Below, in pieces: positions 38,278 to 48,800 of a stretch of 64,000 nt of DNA. A model generated the notes under the pieces. It had not been told where the DNA came from. It saw only the letters and a program-made list of their open reading frames with translations, and made no database searches. Origin of the DNA: an uncultured cyanobacterium. Its GTDB lineage: Bacteria; Cyanobacteriota; Cyanobacteriia; CAKZMO01. The stretch is from contig CAVRCJ010000001.1 of NCBI GenBank assembly GCA_963719515.1, positions 301,079 through 365,078 of the forward strand, read 5' to 3'. Position numbers and translations under genes: made by a program. Within the stretch, counting starts at the first letter, position 1. Every line of letters begins with the position of its first letter.

Positions 38278-39726
38278 TTAAAGGCCGTTGCCGATGAGGA
38301 TAAAGGGTGCCCAGTAGTAGGGGTGGGCTAAGGGATTTCGCTCAAGGCTTGCGCCTTCTATGACAGTGCCTCTCAGGCTTGGAGAGACATCTTCGCGCTT
38401 GATCATCGAAAGCTGCGCCTGCCGCAGGGCCGCGCCGTAGGAACTGCCCTCCTGCAGCGCTCGATAAAACGCTTCCATAAACGCAGGCGTGCTGCCGTCG
38501 CTGATGGCCCATAGAGAGGCGATCGCCGCTCTGGCACCAGCCTGCTGCGCTAAATAGCCAAAGCCCAAAATTTCTTCGCCGTTGTCAAAACCGCCTATCC
38601 CCGTTTCACAGGCGCTCAGCACGACTAAATCCACGTTTTGCAGGGACCAGTTACGCATATCGGCGAGGGTGACGCGATCGCCATTGCCCATCAAGATAAA
38701 GGAGTCCTGCGGGGAGCCGGGGACAAAGACGGAGTTAGAAGCTAGGTGCAGGACGGTGTAGTTGTTCATTTGAGACCGGAGCGCCGCCGTCGTGAACGCC
38801 TCGTTGAGCAACACCGTCGTTTCAGGCACGATCGCAGCGATCGCCTCCACTTCAGCGCCGGTTCCAGGCAGGCCCGTCAGCGAAACTGGGCGATCGCCAA
38901 GTTCAATGTCGTATGTGCCTTCCGTGTGGGCTGCGGCTAAGACCCTCAGAGGTGCCTGGGGCGATCGCTCTAAATCGGTCAGGGTTGCCGCTGTGATACG
39001 GTTGACGATAAAGCGCTCTGTGAGCCAGCTTTCCCCATCGTGGAGTGCGGCAAGGGGAATATAGCGCAGCGCGCCGTCTGGGGCGTAGAGCAGCGCTTCG
39101 GTGCCCGCAGCGGTGAGGGCTACCTCCATGGGCTGGATGAGCCACTGGTAGAGCTGCTCAGCGACGGGGCGCGGGTCGCTGCTGGGGTCGCCCAAGCTTT
39201 GGCGGAACGCTGCGACAGCTTGGCTGACCTCAGCGCGAGAAACCGGTACGGTGTAGGTGAGCGGCGACGCGTCGGGGGTGAGCAGAACAAGCTCGATGCG
39301 GTCTTCTAGCAGCAGGGGGTAGAAGATCGCCGCTGGCCGCTCTAAGCGCTGTAAGTTATCTTGCAGGGCGGCGAGATCTTCGAGGGGAAGGGTCGCCTGT
39401 CGCTGCCGGGACGCTTCAAGCTGCTGGACTTCTGGGCTGTCGAGGAACTCACGAAACTGATGAACGAACTGCCGCTGGAGAATGCGTAGGTCTTCGAGCC
39501 GCTGCTGTTGCTCAGGAGTGCGCTCGTCTAGTGGAATGCGCTCTAAGTGACGGCGATCGCGGCCCGCTTCGATGGCGGTGGTGTACTGCTCAGTTAACTG
39601 TGACTCAGCCCCCCGAAGTTCGATGCCCTGTTCTGTTTGTGCAGATTCGGCAGGGGCGATCGCGGTGGGGTTGAGCAGGGCGATCGCGCTTAGGAGGGCG
39701 GTGAGGGTGGGTTTGATAGATTTCAT
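38278..39726 (-). CDS. Secreted TPR-less CHAT-domain protein (CHAT-B), catalytic His replaced by Asn
   Basis: Signal MKSIKPTLTALLSAIALL; VLHLASNSVF where paralogs have HLATH; LSACETG retained. Confidence 0.85.
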   Translation of the reverse strand: MKSIKPTLTALLSAIALLNPTAIAPAESAQTEQGIELRGAESQLTEQYTTAIEAGRDRRHLERIPLDERTPEQQQRLEDLRILQRQFVHQFREFLDSPEVQQLEASRQRQATLPLEDLAALQDNLQRLERPAAIFYPLLLEDRIELVLLTPDASPLTYTVPVSRAEVSQAVAAFRQSLGDPSSDPRPVAEQLYQWLIQPMEVALTAAGTEALLYAPDGALRYIPLAALHDGESWLTERFIVNRITAATLTDLERSPQAPLRVLAAAHTEGTYDIELGDRPVSLTGLPGTGAEVEAIAAIVPETTVLLNEAFTTAALRSQMNNYTVLHLASNSVFVPGSPQDSFILMGNGDRVTLADMRNWSLQNVDLVVLSACETGIGGFDNGEEILGFGYLAQQAGARAAIASLWAISDGSTPAFMEAFYRALQEGSSYGAALRQAQLSMIKREDVSPSLRGTVIEGASLERNPLAHPYYWAPFILIGNGL

Positions 39727-39832
39727 GGTGATTATGGGGTTGGGCACAGCATGCTGTGCCGGTACGTTTGGGGATGGTTTGGATGGGTTGGGGCACAGCA
39801 TGCTGCGCCCGTACGACTTGTGGATTGTAGAA

Positions 39833-42800
39833 TTAAAGGCCGTTGCCGATGAGGATGAAGGGTGCCCAGTAGTGGGGATGGCTGAGGCCGGTCGAGCTAG
39901 CTCTTGCGCCTGTGGGGACGATGGTGGCGGGTCCGCCGCCTTGCGGAGCTGCGATCGCATCTGCGGTTCCATCATCTTCGCTGGAGGTGGCTTCGCCCTG
40001 GGCAATCAGGGTTTGCTGGGCGAGCTGTAGGGCTCTAGACTTAGATTCACCCTGCTGCAGCGCATCGTAAAAGGCGGTCATCAGCACTTGGGTACCCTGA
40101 TCGTTTACCTGCCACAGCGAAGCCAACGTTGCCCTGGCCCCAGCCCGCTGAAACTGATAGCCCAGCCCCAAAATCTCTTCCCCGTTGCCAAAGCCGCCCA
40201 GCCCCGTTTCGCAGGCGCTCAGCACGACTAAATCGACGTTTTGCAGGGACCAGTCGCGCACGTCAGCTAGGGTAGGGCGATCGCCGTTGCCAAACAGTAT
40301 GAAGGAGTCTTCGGGAACGCCGGGGACGAAGGCGGCGTGGGTAGCAAAGTGGATGATGTCGTGCTCGTTGAGGCGCGATCGCACTGCAGCGAGGCTAAAG
40401 TCTTGGTCGAGGAAGGGGGTGATGTTGGGCAGGCTGGCGATTAGGGTTTCGACTTCTATTCCGGCAAAGGGCAAACCCTGAAAGTCGACGCTGCGCTGCC
40501 CCACCTGCACAGGGTAGCTGAGAGTCTCGTCGGCGAAGGCTCCGGCCAGGACGCTGGGCGATTTGGCGGGCTGGGCGGCAAGATCGGTGAGCGATCGCGC
40601 GGTGATGTTGTTGACGGCGTAGCGCTGGGCCAGCCAGGTCTCGCCGTCGTGGAGGGCCGCGAGGGGAACGTAGCGCAGCTGTCCGTCGGGGGCGTAGATG
40701 ATGGTGTCGATGTCGAGGTTGGCGAGGTCGTCTTCTAAGGGTTCAACCAGCCACTGGTAGAGCTGATGGGCGGGGGTGATGACGTCGCTATTGGGGTTTT
40801 CGAGAGCCTGCCGGAAGGCGAGGATGGCGCGGTTGAGGTCTTCTCGGGTGACGTTCTCGACGGTGCGCCGCAGGGGGGGAGAGTCGGGGGTGGTGAGCAC
40901 GAGTTCGAGCCGGTCGTCTAGGATGAGCGGGTAGAGCAGGACGGCGTTGAGCTGGCCCAGGTCGTTCCGCAGGGCGGCGATATCGGCGGGGTTGAGGGTT
41001 TGCTGGCGGGTGGTGGTGCTGAGCTGGCTGATGAGAGTAAGGATTTCGTCGCTGTCGATGAAGTTGTTGAACTGGCGGGTCAGCTCTTGCTCTAGGTCAA
41101 CGAGTTCGCGGATGCGGGCTTGCTGAGCGGGGGTGCGATCGCTCTCTGGGGTTTGGCGGAGCTGGGTGAGTTCTTGGCCGAGTTCGATGGCTTGCTGCTG
41201 GCGGGCGTTGAAGCGCTCCAGGATTTCTTGCTCGGGTTGCCAGTATTCGACGCCGCTGGCGGTGGTGGCGTTGCCGCGAACACCGCGCAGGTAGTCATCG
41301 AGTTCTTGGACTTTGAGCAGGTCTAAGACTTGCTGTGCTTCTAGGATGCGGTTTTGTTGGAGGAGGAGGTCGGCGAGTTTGCGGTAGGTGCTTTCAATAG
41401 TGTCGGTGAAGGACTGCTGTTGCTCGGTGGGTAAGTCACGCAAGCCGTCGCGGATGTCTTCGCGAACATTGACGGACTGCTTGAGAAAGAGGATGGCGAG
41501 CTGGGGATGGTTCTGGTCGGTAAGGAGGTTGCCGATATTGCTGAGCCAGGTTCCTTGAGCAGCGCGATCGCCAATATCTTGGTGAATGGCTAGAGCTTGC
41601 TGGTAGGAAGCGATCGCCTGTTGGTATTGCCCCAGGTTGCGGTAAGCGAGGCCCAAATTGCCCAGGGCGGCACCTTCCCCGCGCCTGTCCCCTATCTCTT
41701 GGGCTATCTCAAGGTGCTGCTCATAGAAGGCGATCGCCTGTTGGTATTGCCCCAGGTTGAGGTAAGCGATGCCCAAGCCGCCCAGGGCATTGCCTTCCCC
41801 GCGCCGGTCCCCTATCTCTCGGACAATGTCAAGCTGCTGCTCATAGAACGCGATCGCCTGTTGGTATTGCCCCAGGTTGTCGTAAGCGATGCCTAAGTTG
41901 CCCAGGGCATTGCCTTCCCCGCGCCGGTCCCCTATCTCTCGGGCTATCTCAAGTCGTTGCTCATAGAGTGCGATCGCCTGCTGATATTGCCCTAGATTGT
42001 CGTAAGCGCTGCCCAAGTTGCCCAGGGCATTGCCTTCCCCGCGCCGGTCCCCTATCTCTCGGACAATGTCAAGCTGCTGCTCATAGAAGGCGATCGCCTC
42101 TTGGTATTGCCCTAGGTTGCGGTAGGCACTGCCCAAGTTGCCGAGGGCAACGCCTTCCCCTTGTCGGTCGCCAATCTCTCGGGCGATTTCAAGGTGCTGC
42201 TCATAGAAGGCGATCGCCTGTTGGTATCGCCCTAGCCTGAGGTAAGTAGTGCCCAAGTTACCGAGGGCAACGCCTTCCCCTTGTCGGTCGCCAATCTCTC
42301 GGGCGATTTCAAGGTGCTGCTCATAGAAGGCGATCGCCTCTTGGTATTGCCCTAGGTTGCTGTAGGCACTGCCCAAGTTGCCCAGGGCATTGCCTTCCCC
42401 GCGCCGGTCGCCAATCTCTCGGGCGATTTCAAGGTGCTGCTCATAGAAGGCGATCGCCTCTTGGTATTGCCCTAGGTTGCGGTAGGCACTGCCCAAGTTG
42501 CCCAGGGCATTGCCTTCCCCGCGCCGGTCCCCTATCTCTCGGGCGATTTCAAGTCTTTGCTCATAGAGTGCGATCGCCTCTTGGTATTGCCCTAGGTTGC
42601 GGTAGGCACTGCCCAAGTTGCCCAGGGCATTGCCTTCCCCGCGCCGGTTGCCTATCTCTCGGACAATGTCAAGGGATTGCTCATAGAATGCGATCGCCTG
42701 TTGGTATTGCCCCAGGTTGTTGTATGTAAGGCCCAAATTGCCCAGGGCATTGCCTTCCCCTTGCCGGTCCCCTATCTTCCGATAAATCTCTAACGCCTGC

Positions 42801-43351
42801 TCCCACGACTGCAGCGCCTCGCGAAACTGACTCACATTGAACTGCTCAATCCCCTCCTGGAACAGCCGATCGGCCTCTGCCTTGCGATCATCCTCAACTG
42901 GTGACTCCGCCTCACTGCCCTGAGATTGTCCTTCTGTGGCCACCTCCCGCACCATCAGCCGATACCGCCCCCGATTCTCCGCATCAGCCGCATTAGCAAT
43001 CACCATGTAGGTGCCATCCTCCGGCAGCGTCACCACCAGGCCCGCATTCGTCGTCGTTTCGTCCAAATTGTTGTTCTGAGCGATCGCCTCCCCCTGCGGG
43101 TCTAGCAGCAGCAGGTAGGTGTCAAACGCCTCGCTCTCCATCACAATCTGCAAGGTCTGGCCCGCTCGCCCTTCCACAGGATAGGCATCATAGAGGCTGT
43201 CATCGTCTGGAACAACGCGATCGCCCTCCTCCAGCACCCCTTCCACCTGCAAAATCGGCTCCGCCTCCTGCGCCAGCACCCCGCCCGCCACCATCCCCTC
43301 TACCACAAGCGCCACTGCCGCTATGCCAATCCACGTGATGAGGAAACGCAT
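39833..43351 (-). CDS. Secreted PPC-TPR-CHAT protease (CHAT-C)
   Basis: Signal ending VLA; PPC-like FDTYLLLLDPQG; 10 x 40-aa TPRs; HFATH and LSACETG dyad. Confidence 0.92.
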   Translation of the reverse strand: MRFLITWIGIAAVALVVEGMVAGGVLAQEAEPILQVEGVLEEGDRVVPDDDSLYDAYPVEGRAGQTLQIVMESEAFDTYLLLLDPQGEAIAQNNNLDETTTNAGLVVTLPEDGTYMVIANAADAENRGRYRLMVREVATEGQSQGSEAESPVEDDRKAEADRLFQEGIEQFNVSQFREALQSWEQALEIYRKIGDRQGEGNALGNLGLTYNNLGQYQQAIAFYEQSLDIVREIGNRRGEGNALGNLGSAYRNLGQYQEAIALYEQRLEIAREIGDRRGEGNALGNLGSAYRNLGQYQEAIAFYEQHLEIAREIGDRRGEGNALGNLGSAYSNLGQYQEAIAFYEQHLEIAREIGDRQGEGVALGNLGTTYLRLGRYQQAIAFYEQHLEIAREIGDRQGEGVALGNLGSAYRNLGQYQEAIAFYEQQLDIVREIGDRRGEGNALGNLGSAYDNLGQYQQAIALYEQRLEIAREIGDRRGEGNALGNLGIAYDNLGQYQQAIAFYEQQLDIVREIGDRRGEGNALGGLGIAYLNLGQYQQAIAFYEQHLEIAQEIGDRRGEGAALGNLGLAYRNLGQYQQAIASYQQALAIHQDIGDRAAQGTWLSNIGNLLTDQNHPQLAILFLKQSVNVREDIRDGLRDLPTEQQQSFTDTIESTYRKLADLLLQQNRILEAQQVLDLLKVQELDDYLRGVRGNATTASGVEYWQPEQEILERFNARQQQAIELGQELTQLRQTPESDRTPAQQARIRELVDLEQELTRQFNNFIDSDEILTLISQLSTTTRQQTLNPADIAALRNDLGQLNAVLLYPLILDDRLELVLTTPDSPPLRRTVENVTREDLNRAILAFRQALENPNSDVITPAHQLYQWLVEPLEDDLANLDIDTIIYAPDGQLRYVPLAALHDGETWLAQRYAVNNITARSLTDLAAQPAKSPSVLAGAFADETLSYPVQVGQRSVDFQGLPFAGIEVETLIASLPNITPFLDQDFSLAAVRSRLNEHDIIHFATHAAFVPGVPEDSFILFGNGDRPTLADVRDWSLQNVDLVVLSACETGLGGFGNGEEILGLGYQFQRAGARATLASLWQVNDQGTQVLMTAFYDALQQGESKSRALQLAQQTLIAQGEATSSEDDGTADAIAAPQGGGPATIVPTGARASSTGLSHPHYWAPFILIGNGL
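41581..42780 (-). repeat. Ten near-identical 120-bp tandem repeats encoding TPR units
   Basis: Exact 120-nt periodicity visible in the sequence. Confidence 0.95.
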
Positions 43352-43578
43352 CAAATTCTCTCCGCCAAATGACTCCAGTAGTCTATACCGCTAGGCCGAA
43401 TAGAGGTATGGAAATTAACAGTGTTTGATGGTGGCCCTCAGACCCCTGGAATCTAGCAGCTTTTCTCCAACACCACCCGTATTTTGTAGAGATTCCAGCG
43501 GTCCACTTCAAGCGCCATACCCTTTGACACCTCAGAGCTACTTAGCCTATGACTAAGACGTGTTGAGGAGAAAAAACA

Positions 43579-45720
43579 ATGAAGCGACCTACGGGAACCC
43601 CGCTACTAGGCGCGATCGCCCTATCCACTGGCCTGCTCACCCTGCTCGCCGCCCACCGCCAGCCCGCCACCGCCCAGTTCCAGCCCGCCCCCCAGGACTC
43701 CTATTCCTTCTTCGGCCAGCAGATTCCGCTGACGACCCAGTCCGACGTCGTTGCCGTCGCCTTTGCGCCACAGTCCGGCACGCGGGGCGTTGGGCAGCCG
43801 GCCTACGCTCAGCTTGAGGCCGACCTTCGGGGAGAGCCTACAGGAACGCGGGGCGGTCGCTCCCCCTCCCCCTTGCGCTTCGACGTGTGGGTCAGTCCCT
43901 TAGGCGATCGCTACGCCTTGGTCACCACTGAAGACGGGGAAACCGTCCGTCAGGCGATCGCCCAGCGTCCCTACGTCGAGGCAACTCTGCCCGTGTTGAC
44001 GGTGGGCAGTGGGGAGGACGCTGCGCAAGTGGTGCTACCCAACGAGATTTTGCTCAGCCTGGAGCCGGATTTGTCGGGCAGCGAGCGGCAGGCGCTGCTC
44101 AATCGCTACGGCCTAGAGGTGGTGAGGCCCCTACAGTTTGCCCGCGATCGCTACCTCGTGCGATCGCGGCGCGAGGTGGGGCTAGCGGTGCTGGAGGTGG
44201 CCAATCGCCTCCACGGCGCTGTGGGAGTTGAGTCCGCCACGCCCAACTTCATTCAGTCGGTGCCCTACCGGGTGCAGGCGCAGGATATCGAAGACGCGAC
44301 GTTGAGCGATCGCCCCAACGCCGCCGCCCAGCTCCAGCAGCTTCTGGGCTCATTCCCCAAAATCGACACCGCTTTCCCCAGCAGCCTGTCTCCCCTCGCC
44401 TGGCACCTCGACAGTACGCCTCAGCGCGGCAGACTGCAGCCCCGCACCGACATCCGCGCCACGGAAGCCTGGGGCGAGGGCAACGGCGGCGAGGGCGTAG
44501 TGGTAGCCGTTATCGACAGCCTTATCCAGTGGGACCACCCCGACCTAGCGCAAAACCTCTACTCCACCCAAGATCACCCCGACCGCTACCCCGGCGAAGA
44601 GTACGGCTGGGATTTCACCAGCGAGGCCAACTGCCCAAACGCCCAGCCCGACTGCATTCCCGGCGACCCCGATACCCGCATCAGCGCCGCCGAGGTGGAC
44701 CTGCTACGCCCCCACCTGCAAAACACCTTCCAGCTTTCAGACGCCGCCCTGCTGGAGACCTACAGCGGTTTGGCAGGGCGGATCAAGGAGCGCTATCCCA
44801 GCCTCTCCAGCGCCCGCACCGCTAGCCTCATCCGCAACCTCATTCGTGGTGATATCTCGTCCGAGTTCCACGGCACCTGGTCCGCCGGGGTAGTGGCTGC
44901 CCATCCCCAGGGCGGGGAGGGGGCGATTGGGGTTGCACCTATGGCCAAGATTTTGCCGGTGCGGGTATTTGGCATTGAGGGGGAAATCACCACAGCGCGG
45001 CTGATTGAAGCGGTGGGCTATGCCGCCGACCGAGGCGCGGATGTAATCAACATGAGCTTGGGTAGCGCGGTACCCGACCAGGCGTTTGTTGACCAGATTT
45101 TCGCCGTTTTAGACGAGAACCCCGAGCTTGTGATTGTCGCTTCGGCGGGCAACGACAGCGTCGACGGCGTGGGCTTTCCCGCCGCGACGCCGGGGGTGCT
45201 CTCGGTGGGGGCGACCAATCTGGAGGGCCAGCGCACTTACTACAGCAGCTACGGCGGGCGGCTCGACGTGGTGGCCCCCGGTGGGGAGACAAATCTGTTC
45301 CAGCAGGGCGGCATTCTCACCACGGGGGGCACTTGGGTCGATGGGTTTTGGAGCGCTTTAGAGGCCCCGCCCTACGGCTGGGGTGCGGCCCTAGACCCGT
45401 TAGGTAAGTACGTCCAGGTTCAGGGCACCTCCTTCTCGGCTCCGGCGGTTTCCGGGGTGGTGGCGCTGATGAAGGGGGTAAACCCGTCGCTGGAGCGCGA
45501 TCGCCTGCTGGCGGTTTTGCGGGAGACGGCGAGCTATGAGGGCCTGACGCTCACCCGCGCGGACCTAAACCGCTACCGACTGCAGCGGGAGGTAGGTCTG
45601 ACGCTGATGGAGGACCGGGTATCGGGCCTATTTCCGTTCCCGGAGCCGATTTCGCCAGAGGAGTATTTCTTTGGTGCGGGGTTGGTGGACGCGGAAGCGG
45701 CAGTGGAGGCGGTGCGGTAG
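43579..45720 (+). CDS. Secreted S8 subtilisin-like protease
   Basis: Signal peptide; VAVIDS, FHGTWSAG, SAGND and QGTSFSAP catalytic motifs. Confidence 0.92.
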   Translation: MKRPTGTPLLGAIALSTGLLTLLAAHRQPATAQFQPAPQDSYSFFGQQIPLTTQSDVVAVAFAPQSGTRGVGQPAYAQLEADLRGEPTGTRGGRSPSPLRFDVWVSPLGDRYALVTTEDGETVRQAIAQRPYVEATLPVLTVGSGEDAAQVVLPNEILLSLEPDLSGSERQALLNRYGLEVVRPLQFARDRYLVRSRREVGLAVLEVANRLHGAVGVESATPNFIQSVPYRVQAQDIEDATLSDRPNAAAQLQQLLGSFPKIDTAFPSSLSPLAWHLDSTPQRGRLQPRTDIRATEAWGEGNGGEGVVVAVIDSLIQWDHPDLAQNLYSTQDHPDRYPGEEYGWDFTSEANCPNAQPDCIPGDPDTRISAAEVDLLRPHLQNTFQLSDAALLETYSGLAGRIKERYPSLSSARTASLIRNLIRGDISSEFHGTWSAGVVAAHPQGGEGAIGVAPMAKILPVRVFGIEGEITTARLIEAVGYAADRGADVINMSLGSAVPDQAFVDQIFAVLDENPELVIVASAGNDSVDGVGFPAATPGVLSVGATNLEGQRTYYSSYGGRLDVVAPGGETNLFQQGGILTTGGTWVDGFWSALEAPPYGWGAALDPLGKYVQVQGTSFSAPAVSGVVALMKGVNPSLERDRLLAVLRETASYEGLTLTRADLNRYRLQREVGLTLMEDRVSGLFPFPEPISPEEYFFGAGLVDAEAAVEAVR

Positions 45721-45801
45721 GGATGAGGGGCGATCGCTTTCCCATACCTTCTCTTGGCCGAGAGGTATACACTGCTATGTGTCTCGGTCGGAGCAATTCT
45801 C

Positions 45802-48800
45802 ATGCGGTTTTCTGTCTTGTGGTTGGGTTTGACGGTGCTGATGGTGGAGGGGGCGATCGCTCCTCGCGTCCTCGCACAGTCTGAGGGGTCTGCACCGTCA
45901 GTGCAGACTGAGGGGGAGGCGTCGCTTGAGATAAGCGAGGCTGAGGCGCTGCTAGCGGAGGGCGATCGCCTATTCTATCAAGGCCGCCTTCTAGAGGCCC
46001 TAGAAACACTAGAGCAAGCCCGAAACCTGTATCAGGAGCGTGGCGATGCCTTGGGCGAGGCGAACGCGCTGGTCTCCTTATCTCTTGTGCAGGGGTGGCT
46101 ATCTGAGTATGAGGAGGGGCGATCGCTGGTACAGGCTGCCCTTGATATCTATCAGAGTCTAGAATCTGATGCCGAAACGCAATTGGCGGAGGCCCGTGCG
46201 CTACATCGGCTCGCAGTCACACAATACGGGCTTGACGAGCGGGAGACGGCGCTGGAAACCCTAGCGCGATCGCGGAGCCTGTTTCGCGAGTTGGGAGCAT
46301 CGGTGGATGAGGGAATTGCCTTACTGGATACAGGAGCTATCAGCATCCGCGAGGGAGAGCCAGAGGATGGATTAGAGCCCTTGAATGAGGGCCTAGCCTT
46401 GCTAAATAATACTAGCGCCGATGCTGAAGCTGGTTCAATTGCCGAGCTACGTCGGGAGTACTACAAAGCACTGGGTCTAGCCTGGATTGGCCGGGGCTAT
46501 GGTCTGCTGGAGCAGCCGAATGAGGCATTGGAGGCGATCGCCGCGTCGCTGACAATAAGCCGGAGCATTGATGCTCGACTGGTTGAGAATTCTGCCCTAT
46601 TGTCCAAAGGCCTGATCTATGAAAATCAGCAAGAGTTTGATTTGGCTGAGGAGGCCTACAAGCAGGCACTGACTGTCCTACAGCCGATAGGGAGCATGAT
46701 TTCTGAGGGGAACGTATGGAATCGGCTCGGGAATCTCTATAAGCAGCAAGAACAATATGATGAGGCTTTGGCGGCTTATCAACAGGCGCTCTCCCTGTTT
46801 CAGCAGGCGGAAAACTTGGAAGAAATTGGGTCTGCGTGGTACTTCATTGCTACGGTGCATCAATCCCTAGAGCAGTTCGATGAAGCGATCGCCGCCTATC
46901 AAAAATCGATTGACATATTTACCGCATCAGACGAACTCGGCTTGAGCGGAATCGTTCTTCAGGCTCTTGGAACTCTATACCAAATCCAAGAGCGATATGA
47001 GGAGGCGCTAGCAACGTATCAGCAAGCATTACCCATTCTTCAGGAGGCAGAAGAGCAAGAGCAGGAGGGATGGACTTGGTACTGGATCGCTCAAAACTAC
47101 ACCCTACAGAATCAACAGGAAGAGGCTATTGAGGCTTACCAGCGATCGCTGACTATATTCACTGAATTGGAGCAGCCCCGCACGCAGGCAACCATGCTCA
47201 AGCTGATGGGCGACACCTATCAGAATCAAGGCCAGTTTGAGCCAGCCATTGAGGCCTACGAGCAAGCCTTAGCGATTCGTCGTGAGGTAGGGGACCAGCC
47301 CGAGGAAGCGGTGACTCTCAATAGTATTGGTCTTGTGCGCGACAGCCAAGAACGCTACGACCAGGCTCTGGATGCCTATGAGCAAGCTTTAGCCATTGTC
47401 CGAGGGATGGACGAGCGTTCGGGAGAAGACATCATTCTTAGTAATGTTGGCAGCATCTATGAGGACCAGGGACGCTATGACGAGGCCTTAGAGACCTACG
47501 AGCAGGTTCTGGACATTCGCCGGGAGGCGGGCGATCGCGCTGGGGAATGCACGACTCTCAATACCATTGGTTTGATATACGATGATCTTGACCAATATCT
47601 CCAAGCCTTAGAAACTCACCAGCAAGCCTTAATAGTCTGCCGCGAGGTAGGCGATCGCGCGACAGAGAGTTCCGTGCTCGGCAACATCGGCATAGTCTAC
47701 CGGGCTTTAGGACGCTATGAATCCGTCCTGGATGTCTTTCAGCAGGCCTTAATCATTAAGCGGGAGCTAGGCGATCGCGCTGGGGAAGGCCTTGTCCTCA
47801 ATCATATTGGATTGACTCACAGCGATCTAGGGCAGTATCTTCAGGCTTTAGAGGCCTATGAGCAATCGCTAGCTATCCGCCGAGAGTTGGGCGATCGCGC
47901 TGGGGAAAGTGCTGTCCTCAATAATATTGGTGCTATATATAAGGCTCAAAGCCGATATGAGCTAGCCCTCGAGCTTTATGAGCAGTCGCTAGCGATTGAC
48001 CGAGAGATTGGCGATCGCATTGGGGAAAGCACAACCCTCGCCAATATAGGTGTAGTGCATAATGTGCAAGGCCGCTATGAGCTGGCCCTAGAACTTACTC
48101 AGCAAGCGTTGGCAATCAAACGCGAAGTGAAGGATCGCGCTGGGCAAGGTGCAGTTCTCGATAATATTGGCTCGGTGTACAACAGCTTAGGGCAGTATGA
48201 ACTTGCCCTTGAGTTCTACCAACAGGCTCTAGAAATTCGCCGAGAGGTGAGCGCTAGGTTAGGGGAGAGCATCACCCTCAGTAGCATCGGTCAAGTCTAT
48301 ATCAACACAGGGCAATATCAACAGGCGCTGGACACCTTTCAGCAGGCGCTAGACATCAGTCAGCAGCTCGGCAGTCCTGCCCAAGAGGGAGCAATCCTCA
48401 ACGATATCGGCATAGTGTATGACAGATTGGGGCGCTATCAACCGGCTCTAGAAACTTATGAGCAGGCCTTGGCCATTAACCGAGAGATTGGCAATCGCGC
48501 TGGTGAAGGCACTACTCTCAACAACATTGGCTTAACTTACGGCAATTTGGGACAGTATCAGGTAGCGCTAGACCTCTTTCAGCAGTCCCTGGCTATCAAG
48601 CAGGAGATTGGCGATCGCCCTGGAGAGGGGACTACCTTCAACAATCTTGCTGGCATCTACGGCGGCTTGGGCCAATATCAGCTCTCGCTAGAGACCTACG
48701 AGCAGGCCCTCGCTATCCTTCGAGATGTTGGCGATCGCGCTGGAGAGGGTAATATCCTCAACAACATCGGCTCAATCCACAACAGTCTTGGGCGCTACTC

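Noticed and set aside
39727-40005. N-terminal extension of the 575-aa ORF
   Set aside because: It overlaps the CHAT-C 3' end and intergenic palindromes; the signal peptide starts at ATG 39726
41581-42780. CRISPR array
   Set aside because: The 120-bp units are contiguous in-frame coding repeats without unique spacers, and there are no cas genes in the window
28071-42780. Diversity-generating retroelement TR/VR pair
   Set aside because: No reverse transcriptase in the window, and differences between units are not restricted to adenines
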